Part shown: one piece after another, positions 54,521-62,842 of the stretch
Layout of the letters: each line of letters begins with the position of its first letter
Position numbering within the stretch: the first letter of the stretch is position 1
Virus record (IMG/VR): IMGVR_UViG_3300022602_000026
Length of the DNA stretch: 64,000 bases
Reading direction: 5' to 3' (one strand)
Source of the DNA: a virus
Taxonomy: Duplodnaviria > Caudoviricetes
Notes under the pieces: model-generated
Told to the model about the DNA's origin: nothing
The model's database searches: none
Seen by the model: the letters and a program-made list of their open reading frames with translations, nothing else
Made by a program: the position numbers and the translations under genes

Positions 54521-55784
54521 GTATAATATTAATAGTCATTACGAAAATATTTTTCATTACTTAAACACTATTGTAACAGATCCAAGGTGTCTTTACCTAA
54601 TGCCTTATGGGTCAACTTCGCCAAAAAATCTAGAATTCTTAATGCAAGACATTGGCTTTTGGCCCGGAGATCGCGGACAACTATTTTTGTTTTACGATCA
54701 AGAACCCATATTGGGAACATTCAATTTTGAGCTATTGGATCATGTCTGTAATAGTTTTTTACACGGAGATAAATTTGTTTTAGTTACCACAGAACGAGAT
54801 AGCCAAACTTTGGATTTAATCAAAGAAAAATACAAATGTCCTGTTGTCTATTACTTTCATCATGTGTTTGCTGCCCACGATTGGTTTAGGGGAGTTAAAT
54901 TTGATTCTAGACTTGTTGATCCAAGCAAAAGAAAATTGACTAAAAAGTACATTACCTTTAATCGAATAACAAGTAATTTACGAGTGTATCGTAGTTTATT
55001 TATTAGCGAATTAATTAAACGCGATATACTTGAACAGGGCTATGTAAGTTATAGCGACGTATGCCCCGAGAACGGATCTAGCTATGAGCAAAATCTATTA
55101 GATGCTGTAGATGAAAAATTAATTACACAAACAGTTGCAACCGAAGCCATCAACAATATCAATCAAGTGTCTTTGCCATTGCGTATCGATTTCAAAGACG
55201 AAAAGCTAATTCCTAACAGTAGTTTTATATTAAGTGCAGTTACCGAAACACAAGAAAGTTTTATTTATGTGGTCACTGAAACTTGCTATTGGGAACGCAA
55301 ATGTCATCTAACTGAAAAAATATTTAAACCCATTGTAAGTCGAATGCCATTTATACTTGTTGGGCCGGCACATAATTTAGCGTATCTACGCAGTTATGGA
55401 TTTCGAACATTTGATAAATGGATCGACGAAAGTTACGATACGATTGAAGATCCTATTGCACGTATGAGCATGATCGGAGCCGTACTGTCGGATTTATGTA
55501 CATTAAGTTTGCACGATTTAGAATGTATGCTTGCCGAAATGCAAGAAGTCTTAGAATATAACTACAATTTATTTTATAGTCAGGAGTTTATTGATCGTTG
55601 CTGGGGCGAACTAACTGATAATCTCAAGTCTGTGACCGATACTTTGCTAGTTCCTCCAAGACTAAAGGAATCCATCGAGATGTATCTTGAGTCAAAATCC
55701 TTATTTGATATTTTTGGGGAGGCTGCCATAGATGGTTGGTGTCCTCATACCTCCCAGTCGTTAGAGTATCCACCCACACCGTAA
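54519..55784 (+). CDS. Glycosyltransferase-like protein (GT10-like TEK motif), paralog 3
   Basis: YVVTET...LTEKIFKPI...PFIL...LRSYGFRTF...DESYD; start codon uncertain. Confidence 0.55.
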   Translation: MYNINSHYENIFHYLNTIVTDPRCLYLMPYGSTSPKNLEFLMQDIGFWPGDRGQLFLFYDQEPILGTFNFELLDHVCNSFLHGDKFVLVTTERDSQTLDLIKEKYKCPVVYYFHHVFAAHDWFRGVKFDSRLVDPSKRKLTKKYITFNRITSNLRVYRSLFISELIKRDILEQGYVSYSDVCPENGSSYEQNLLDAVDEKLITQTVATEAINNINQVSLPLRIDFKDEKLIPNSSFILSAVTETQESFIYVVTETCYWERKCHLTEKIFKPIVSRMPFILVGPAHNLAYLRSYGFRTFDKWIDESYDTIEDPIARMSMIGAVLSDLCTLSLHDLECMLAEMQEVLEYNYNLFYSQEFIDRCWGELTDNLKSVTDTLLVPPRLKESIEMYLESKSLFDIFGEAAIDGWCPHTSQSLEYPPTP

Positions 55785-56055
55785 AGTCTGCGTCATAGAT
55801 ATCGCGCATTTCTTGTAACGGGCAAACAAAGTCGGCAATTACAAAATCAGATTCTATTCTACCGGACATTTCTCGCATTCGTTTAGATTGTCTAATTCTT
55901 CCCTCGTGACTGAAATCCCAATCATCGTATTCTTCACGAACTCGATCGGCATTTAACCAAACGGTTTTAAATCCACGCGAGTCAAGCTCTTGCTTGAGTG
56001 CATCGGCTAAAGTGGTTTTGCCTGCGCCCGGTAGGCCCATTATTAGTATTCTCAT
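55624..56055 (-). CDS. cysC: Adenylylsulfate (APS) kinase-like protein
   Basis: GLPGAGKTT, LNADRVR, DFS.EGR.RQ..R, DFVCP. Confidence 0.8.
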   Translation of the reverse strand: MRILIMGLPGAGKTTLADALKQELDSRGFKTVWLNADRVREEYDDWDFSHEGRIRQSKRMREMSGRIESDFVIADFVCPLQEMRDIYDADFTVWVDTLTTGRYEDTNHLWQPPQKYQIRILTQDTSRWIPLVLEELAKYRSQT

Positions 56056-57545
56056 GAGCAGACTTTAACACCATATAGTCGTTCAAACCTATCTGCATCG
56101 GCTCTATCGTTTACCATAGGTTCGCCACGTATGTTTAAACTTGTATTAAGCAACATGGGGCATCCGGTCATTACAAACCATTTCTCTAACAGTTCTCTTA
56201 TTCCCGATCCGTCTCGTGCAACTGTTTGTACTCGACTTGTTCTATCGTGATGTACAATAGCAGGAAATAAATCGGGATTCCTGCAAGTAGCCACTGATTG
56301 CATGTAAGGGCTAGTAGCGAAGCCCCGAGGCATATCAAAATACTCCTGGGCATATTCTTCAAGAATGACCGGCGCGAAAGGCCTAAATCGTTGTCTGCGT
56401 TTGATTTCATTTACTTTGTCCTTGATTTCACTTCCTCGCGGATCTGCGAGTAAACTTCTATTTCCCAGGGCTCTAGGTCCGAATTCTGCGCGGCCACTAG
56501 CCACACCAACAATTTTATCACCGAGTAAGTGATCAAGTACGTCGTTAACAGGATAGGCACCAGGTATATCATGGCCAAGAAAAGCATCGCGCCAATTAAC
56601 ACGTTTTTTATACGCCAGCGCCGCAGCACCAAGACTGCTCCCGGCATCGCCAGGATTTGGCATAATCCATACATTATCAAAATAAGCTCCTATGTGTCTA
56701 TTGGCACTACAGTTAAGAGCAACACCGCCCATATAAACTAAGTTGTTGCTCCACCCCATCTTTTTAGCACGATGCATAACATTGAGTATTAATATCTCTG
56801 CTGTATTCTGTGCACTATGCGCCATTTCCTCTACACCGGCCTCTTGAAAAAAGCCTTCGGTAAAGCCCACGTGCAAGTTTTGTCGTAGTCTAACTTCATA
56901 TTCATTTTCAATTACTGCGGTTTGTACCAAGTCATCAAACACGTTAGTACCATACGCTGCCATGCCCATTGTGATGTATTCTTCTTCGTTGGGACGTAAG
57001 CCACAACGTTGTGTCATAGCACTATAAAACAATCCAATACTGTGTGGATACCGTTGTCCCCACAGTCGTTTGTAAGTTGCTTCGCCTTGGCTATTGTATT
57101 CGGCACCCCAGATACTGATAGTATCCCATTCGCCTATAGCATCAATGACAACTACTGTGGCACGATCAAATGGACTTGTTTGGAATCCAGCGGCCGCATG
57201 ACTTAAATGATGATTGTAACTCTTGACCGGTACACCAGAAATATCAAAAATCTTTAATTGATCTTGTACGATTCGACGTGTGCTTAATTTTGTCCACTCA
57301 ATGCCCTGACCCGAATACCATTGGCGTGCTTGTTTGTATAACGGACGTTCGTAATAGGCAATGGCGTCAAGACTGAAACAATTCTCAGCGTTGACCAAAT
57401 CCCATACCATTTCCGAATGTAGGTCGGGATCGTTCTTGATTTTACTGTATCTTTCACTGTGTGCGGCAAATAATATATCCCCTTTGGGCGATAACAATGT
57501 TACTGCGGCATCATGAAAGCCAGCCGAAACTCCTAATATGTTCAT
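56052..57545 (-). CDS. O-carbamoyltransferase (NodU/CmcH/TobZ family)
   Basis: HDAA, HHLSHAA, DAIGE, GGVALNC, GDAG, EFGPRALGNRS, FRPFAP, LNTSLN..GEP. Confidence 0.93.
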   Translation of the reverse strand: MNILGVSAGFHDAAVTLLSPKGDILFAAHSERYSKIKNDPDLHSEMVWDLVNAENCFSLDAIAYYERPLYKQARQWYSGQGIEWTKLSTRRIVQDQLKIFDISGVPVKSYNHHLSHAAAGFQTSPFDRATVVVIDAIGEWDTISIWGAEYNSQGEATYKRLWGQRYPHSIGLFYSAMTQRCGLRPNEEEYITMGMAAYGTNVFDDLVQTAVIENEYEVRLRQNLHVGFTEGFFQEAGVEEMAHSAQNTAEILILNVMHRAKKMGWSNNLVYMGGVALNCSANRHIGAYFDNVWIMPNPGDAGSSLGAAALAYKKRVNWRDAFLGHDIPGAYPVNDVLDHLLGDKIVGVASGRAEFGPRALGNRSLLADPRGSEIKDKVNEIKRRQRFRPFAPVILEEYAQEYFDMPRGFATSPYMQSVATCRNPDLFPAIVHHDRTSRVQTVARDGSGIRELLEKWFVMTGCPMLLNTSLNIRGEPMVNDRADADRFERLYGVKVCS

Positions 57546-58173
57546 AAAGTTTGTTTGCTACTTGTTTGTGTCCGTCGTCAAGAAAATGTCCATTTGGTCC
57601 ACGTTTACAACCCTGTGTCCATTCAGCCATCCCTGCATTGGGCCATCCCAGATAATGTTGCCGATCTATCAATTGATCTAAATGGTAGTATTGTAAGTAA
57701 TGACTGTTATGATAGTACTCGTTGCCCACAGTTCTCAGCATCACATAACGTATATTACAGGATTTTAAGAAATTTTGCAACAAAATAACGTCCATTAAAT
57801 GTTGTTGATACATCCAAGTACTGTTATGATGTTCGTTTATGTATTCCAGTAGTTCCATTCTCCAAACTTGCCCACTGCTCTGGAACATATTTCCCGAATA
57901 TCCGGGCCAAATATCATAGGGGCCGGCTGCATCAGCAAACTCCATTCGCCCGGGACTGCTCCAACCAATTATAACAAAGTCAATGGGAATTTTGTTTGCT
58001 ATCTGCTCCATTACTGTACGCACCATGCGTCGATTTCCCGACCCAGGTCGAGCAAGATTGTTTACTTTGCATCCTATTGTTCTTGAAAGAAGATAGGGAT
58101 ATGCGTTCATTATATCCGAAAGTTCTTCTCCGTAGGTGAAACTGTCGCCTACGGCCAATATATTATTAATCAT
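57511..58173 (-). CDS. SGNH/GDSL-like protein
   Basis: AVGDSFT, PGSGN, NGHF...GH. Confidence 0.6.
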   Translation of the reverse strand: MINNILAVGDSFTYGEELSDIMNAYPYLLSRTIGCKVNNLARPGSGNRRMVRTVMEQIANKIPIDFVIIGWSSPGRMEFADAAGPYDIWPGYSGNMFQSSGQVWRMELLEYINEHHNSTWMYQQHLMDVILLQNFLKSCNIRYVMLRTVGNEYYHNSHYLQYYHLDQLIDRQHYLGWPNAGMAEWTQGCKRGPNGHFLDDGHKQVANKLYEHIRSFGWLS

Positions 58174-58271
58174 TTGTATATAAAAGGATCTCGTTTGCGT
58201 AGCTCTCGGAGCTTTTTGCGATAACGTATTTCAAGTACAAGTCGATTGTACATTTTCTTTAACCATTTCAT
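58170..58271 (-). CDS. 33-aa basic microprotein A (not in the ORF track)
   Basis: MKWLKKMYNRLVLEIRYRKKLRELRKRDPFIYK; stop overlaps the next ATG. Confidence 0.75.
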   Translation of the reverse strand: MKWLKKMYNRLVLEIRYRKKLRELRKRDPFIYK

Positions 58272-58272
58272 G

Positions 58273-58953
58273 TTATATTCTTTCTAGTATGTATATCACT
58301 AACCCGCCACTTCGATAATTAAACAACGCAGGTATTAGTATATTATTTAAGATACTTGGACCGGCCGAGGTTATTTTCCATCCCGGAGTCATTGCTTGTA
58401 CTTGCTTTTGTGTAAAACTCAATTCAAATGGATTTTGTTCTTGATCTTGGTATAGTATATCACTGTGATAATTTATTTGTAGGAATCTTTTTGCTATCTT
58501 GCCCACGGGATGATATAATCCCAATATCATTTTTCCATTATCGGCTACACTGTCCAATAACTTTGGTAATACTTGTTGATATTCGGGAATATGATGTAGA
58601 ACTCCTTGACACAAAACAATATCAAATTTGTTGGGTATTGTGTATTTGACTACATCTTCTTTAAGAAAAGTAACATTTGTTATACGGTTTGACCTTGCAA
58701 ATTCTTTTGCATAGTCAATTGAGGTTGCAAAGTCTAGACCAACAATATTTGTATTTTTGTTTCGTAGTGCCAATAAGTTAGATATTAATCCAGTACCACA
58801 ACCAACATCTAAAACAGTACTTGCTCGGGATACCTGCGTATTTATAATGTGTAAATATCTATTCTCAATTGGATCTCCGTAGCTGGATAACTGTTCTAGA
58901 GTGTAATAGCCCGGGAACGGAGTTTTATCATAGAATTCTTTTACCGATGTCAT
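58273..58953 (-). CDS. Class I SAM-dependent methyltransferase
   Basis: VLDVGCGTG, GLD, FDIVLCQGVLHH. Confidence 0.9.
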   Translation of the reverse strand: MTSVKEFYDKTPFPGYYTLEQLSSYGDPIENRYLHIINTQVSRASTVLDVGCGTGLISNLLALRNKNTNIVGLDFATSIDYAKEFARSNRITNVTFLKEDVVKYTIPNKFDIVLCQGVLHHIPEYQQVLPKLLDSVADNGKMILGLYHPVGKIAKRFLQINYHSDILYQDQEQNPFELSFTQKQVQAMTPGWKITSAGPSILNNILIPALFNYRSGGLVIYILERI

Positions 58954-59051
58954 TTGTAAAGATACGGATCTCGTTTACGAATTTGTTTTAATACTCGGCG
59001 ATAATGTATTGCTAACTTTATTTCTTTATAAAGATTTCTTAACCAGTTCAT
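58950..59051 (-). CDS. 33-aa basic microprotein B (not in the ORF track)
   Basis: MNWLRNLYKEIKLAIHYRRVLKQIRKRDPYLYK; stop overlaps the next ATG. Confidence 0.75.
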   Translation of the reverse strand: MNWLRNLYKEIKLAIHYRRVLKQIRKRDPYLYK

Positions 59052-59832
59052 TGAATTTGTCTTTCATTAATTCGGCAGCTGCTTGATGTGCTTGTTCCAA
59101 TGGATGTGTTGTGCCTATAGGATATTTATTTTCCACTGCCCATTGATAAAAGCCTCGCGGTGTTGTTGTGTTCCAAGGTTCATGCGCTGGCTCAAACAAA
59201 AACCATTTATCAAAATTGATTTGTTTGTTAAGGTTTACTACGTTTAAGTCCTGTTGCGATTGATTGTAAAACATATTGGTATCTGCACAAGTAAACATAT
59301 AGGGTATTTGATTACTGTCAAGGTATTGTTGTAAAAATAACATTTCCTTAACCGAAGAATATGTTTCGTATAACTCGTTATCGCCAATATTTTTATAAAA
59401 GATTTTTGCAAATTTGCCCAATTCGGTTTGATTCAACTTGGCAAAATGATCAGTATGGTGTTTTGCTATTACTTGGTCCGACTTCACAATGTGCAATATC
59501 TCGTCCATGGTATCGTGTGAGTCCCAGGGAGTTAAACTATACCAGTTACTGGTTCTAACCTGTTGATTAAAATAAAATTCGTATCTACAACTAAACGTCC
59601 ATGTAACATGCACAAATAATTTTTGTTCCAGGTATTGGTTGCAGGCGTTGATCACTTGTCTTGCAATTGCGCTATTAGAATTTCCAGTTTGTGCTGTACA
59701 GAGATACTCTAAGTTGTAATTGTTGGCCAGTAGAGCTGGGAATGTAGATTTGCTGGGCACATGAGTTCCCGGCAATTGATCTGCCAATTCAGTTCCATAA
59801 ACAAAACTATCACCCCCGGCTACTAAAATCAT
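59026..59832 (-). CDS. SGNH/GDSL-like protein
   Basis: MILVAGGDSFV, TGNSN, TTHPLEQAH. Confidence 0.6.
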   Translation of the reverse strand: MILVAGGDSFVYGTELADQLPGTHVPSKSTFPALLANNYNLEYLCTAQTGNSNSAIARQVINACNQYLEQKLFVHVTWTFSCRYEFYFNQQVRTSNWYSLTPWDSHDTMDEILHIVKSDQVIAKHHTDHFAKLNQTELGKFAKIFYKNIGDNELYETYSSVKEMLFLQQYLDSNQIPYMFTCADTNMFYNQSQQDLNVVNLNKQINFDKWFLFEPAHEPWNTTTPRGFYQWAVENKYPIGTTHPLEQAHQAAAELMKDKFNELVKKSL

Positions 59833-60880
59833 ATCCTGGTCGTAATCTTTCAATTTGTTGTTGATAATAGTCTGCATCGGTCCAAGTATAATCGTATACT
59901 GCACGTACATCACCGGCTTCTATGCTGAGTATATCTAAATATTTTGACAGTACGGGCCAAACTTTTCGAAAGTCTGTGGTGCCAAAGCTCTTGAGCAACT
60001 CAACTTGACCAACAGGGTGGTATCCATAATTGTATTCGGTATTTTGTGCATCAAATCCGTTACGATGCAACCACTCCCTAAATCCAGTCATTTCTCGTGT
60101 GTGCCACGGATGCGGTCCATTAAAGATAACATCTTGTGCCCACTCAATATCAAACTCTCCACTATAATAGCGTAAATGAGTAATAGCATCACAAGTAGCA
60201 CTATCGATATCCACTCCATGCTCATCACGATAGACTTCATAAAGCGTTTTACCAATCTGCGTCCAATGGAGGTAGACTTCCCCGAATCGTCTATCGTATC
60301 TAGTTTCATCAAAAGAGGTTTTATGTTCATGGGGGAAATCTATCCTGGGTGCATTTAAGAAAGTTGTTATTTGACTGGGTCGAATCCATTCGGGTTGTGT
60401 TGCTTGTTTGCGTTGACTCAACATCAAACTCTCTGCTTCGTGACATAAATTGTTTAGTTGTCTAATGGCAAACTTTGTTTCATAGTCTGCACGTCGGTAA
60501 TAATCACTTAACTCCCACACAGTACCTTGTAAATGTTCAAAGTGATTATGTAGCCTATTCATAACATCTTGATTGGGATCTAAACCCTCGCGCATAGTGC
60601 TGGGCAAATATACTTCAGGTATCCAATATTCCTGGCCAAAGAATCGATTGATTTGATTTGTTGCCCAATTAAGTTCTCGACATATAAAATCTAAGTTTCT
60701 AGCACTATCAGGAAAACCCAAAAAGCAAAAATTCTTTTCAAGATAATTGTTGTTACGCAATAAATCTTGCAATGCTAGGTACCATAACTCGCCTATAGGC
60801 GAATCGTTTACTGCAATTGTGTAATCAATTTGATCCCGTTTGTTTAACGGGTTGCGTAGTACTATTTTAACTTGTCTCAA
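59810..60880 (-). CDS. Hypothetical protein
   Basis: 356-aa ORF in operon; NRLHNHFE, LNNLCHE; no family recognised. Confidence 0.7.
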   Translation of the reverse strand: MRQVKIVLRNPLNKRDQIDYTIAVNDSPIGELWYLALQDLLRNNNYLEKNFCFLGFPDSARNLDFICRELNWATNQINRFFGQEYWIPEVYLPSTMREGLDPNQDVMNRLHNHFEHLQGTVWELSDYYRRADYETKFAIRQLNNLCHEAESLMLSQRKQATQPEWIRPSQITTFLNAPRIDFPHEHKTSFDETRYDRRFGEVYLHWTQIGKTLYEVYRDEHGVDIDSATCDAITHLRYYSGEFDIEWAQDVIFNGPHPWHTREMTGFREWLHRNGFDAQNTEYNYGYHPVGQVELLKSFGTTDFRKVWPVLSKYLDILSIEAGDVRAVYDYTWTDADYYQQQIERLRPGYDFSSRG

Positions 60881-62183
60881 TGCTGTCCCACCATGCTAAT
60901 ACTGCTGGACGTTCAGACAGTATGTCTCTCATAGTATACACGTCTTTGCGAATAGACTCAAGAGTTAATATACGTTGTTTGCCCTTTATTAATCCAATTT
61001 GGTAAGTGTCAGGCCACTGTTCCGCAAATGTGGGTCTAGTTTTCAGCTGGACTAAGATATCCTTTAACGGGGTGCTACCACTTGGCAATTGCCGTATCTC
61101 GTCATCTATCCAGGGATCTAATAGTTCCCGGGGTAGGGCTAAAGGTGACATAACTATGTCCGGGCTGAAACTAAAAATTACTTTGGCAAGGATTTCCGCA
61201 CCAAGTTCTTTTCCAAGAGCTTGCACTCGCCCACATTCGAACATGCCTGGCAACGTGAGTGTAAAATCGATTCGCATCTGTCGAGCATTAGTTGCAATCT
61301 CAGTTCCTCTACGGAAGTTCTCAAGCCACCGATCGTACTCAAGGCCTGTTCTAATATATTCGCCAATCGCTCCTGTTCCGTCGAGCGATGCACAGATTTG
61401 CCAATCCCGTAAATGGGGCAAAATATCGGTATAAAGCCCAATGCCACGATAACTAATACGGGACAAATTAGTATTATATCTAGCATAAACATTTTTGCCA
61501 TCTCCTAATTCAACAATCCGTTTCATGTACTTCCAATGTTGCTCGTACATCAACGGCTCCCCGCCCACCCAGTAGACTTCTTCAACTCTATGTTCTTCTA
61601 CTGCGTCGCTAAACTCTTGTTCAATTTGAGTCGCTTGGAATTGTTCAATTTGTTGTTTGATTTCGGGTCGCATCCAATTGTTCTTGGGATTGGTGTAGTC
61701 GATCATGTGGTGTGTGCGTTGTTCGGTCTCCCATGCACTTGACAACATATCGCCACACATGCGGCACTTGAAATTGCAGAGATTACTGAACCGATAGTCC
61801 CAGCTCACCGGCCGCATTGTTGTGCGGCCTGTGTCATCTGTGGAAGCGATTGCTTCATTGTACTTATCGCCAAACAGTTGGTTAAAATAACTGCGGTAAA
61901 CAGAGGTATTCAACAGTTTATCATTACATACTTCGCACTCGGGTAATGTTTCGCCGGACATCATGCGTTTTCGTACGGAGCGCATGTGGTCACCGTTCCA
62001 ATGTTCGTCCAGGGTGATAGGTATATACCGACCAGAACCGGCGCTGGTGTCGATATACTGTTGAAAGTTTTGTGCAGGTTCACGACTGGCACAACACATT
62101 CTGCGTTCAGTTTGCGGACTCAAATAAGTATGACACCAAGCGGCTAAACACAAATTAGGAGGCTTTTCTTTCGGAAATTCCAT
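60867..62183 (-). CDS. Radical SAM protein with N-terminal SPASM/twitch-like domain
   Basis: C.AAW...MCCAS...C..C; CNFKCRMC; GGEP; YNTN; SLDG; start placed at 62183. Confidence 0.88.
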   Translation of the reverse strand: MEFPKEKPPNLCLAAWCHTYLSPQTERRMCCASREPAQNFQQYIDTSAGSGRYIPITLDEHWNGDHMRSVRKRMMSGETLPECEVCNDKLLNTSVYRSYFNQLFGDKYNEAIASTDDTGRTTMRPVSWDYRFSNLCNFKCRMCGDMLSSAWETEQRTHHMIDYTNPKNNWMRPEIKQQIEQFQATQIEQEFSDAVEEHRVEEVYWVGGEPLMYEQHWKYMKRIVELGDGKNVYARYNTNLSRISYRGIGLYTDILPHLRDWQICASLDGTGAIGEYIRTGLEYDRWLENFRRGTEIATNARQMRIDFTLTLPGMFECGRVQALGKELGAEILAKVIFSFSPDIVMSPLALPRELLDPWIDDEIRQLPSGSTPLKDILVQLKTRPTFAEQWPDTYQIGLIKGKQRILTLESIRKDVYTMRDILSERPAVLAWWDSIETS

Positions 62184-62192
62184 TTTTAATTG

Positions 62193-62199
62193 ATAAATA
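62193..62199 (+). promoter_or_regulatory. T4-late-like promoter ATAAATA upstream of the HNH gene
   Basis: ATAAATA 65 bp before the ATG, followed by a GATG/CATC hairpin and an AAAGGA RBS. Confidence 0.5.
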
Positions 62200-62263
62200 A
62201 AAGTGCAGGTCGCGATGCTACCAACATCCACCCGCTCTAACAGTTGTAAAGGAACTATCAGCA

Positions 62264-62842
62264 ATGATATTTATAGATAACAAATATACTCGTTGGTATT
62301 ATAACATAATCACTAACTCACAAGCAAGAACTCTGCCTCTAGATGTTTACACCGAGAAACATCATGTTATTCCTAGAAGTCTAGGCGGAAATAACTCAAA
62401 ATCTAATCTAGTCAGTCTAACTGCAAAAGAACATTTTATATGTCATCTCTTGTTGCCAAAAATGCTAACAGGTGATAACAAGTTAAAAATGGTATATGCA
62501 TTATACTGCATAACCCATGTTCGCAATAAGGGACAAACGACCCGACATGTACCTACATCGAGACTTTTTAATAAGATAAAAGAAGACTGGAAATCGAGTA
62601 TTAAAGGACGAGTTGCACACAATAAAGGCAAGCCAATGTCGGCCGAGCAGAAAGAAAAACTGCGATTAGCTAACATTGGAAAAACCTATACTAGGTCTGC
62701 TGAATATTTACAAAAACAATCATTGGCACAAACTGGTAAATCAAGAGGCAAAGGACGAGCATCTAATAGAAAAGGTATTGCAATGTCAGAGGAACAAAAA
62801 GCAAAGATCCGCAATACCTTACTTAAAAGATATCGTGGTTAA
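62264..62842 (+). mobile_element. Free-standing HNH homing endonuclease with NUMOD3-like DNA-binding repeats
   Basis: EKHHVIPRSLGG.N...NLV.LTAKEHFICH; repeats KGKPMSAEQKEKL and KGIAMSEEQKAKI; antisense to both neighbours. Confidence 0.88.

Noticed and set aside
62184-62264. N-terminal extension of the ORF-track call 60867..62264 (-)
   Set aside because: It runs through the HNH promoter and leader. The MEFPKEKPPNLC start at 62183 fits the radical SAM N-terminal domain.
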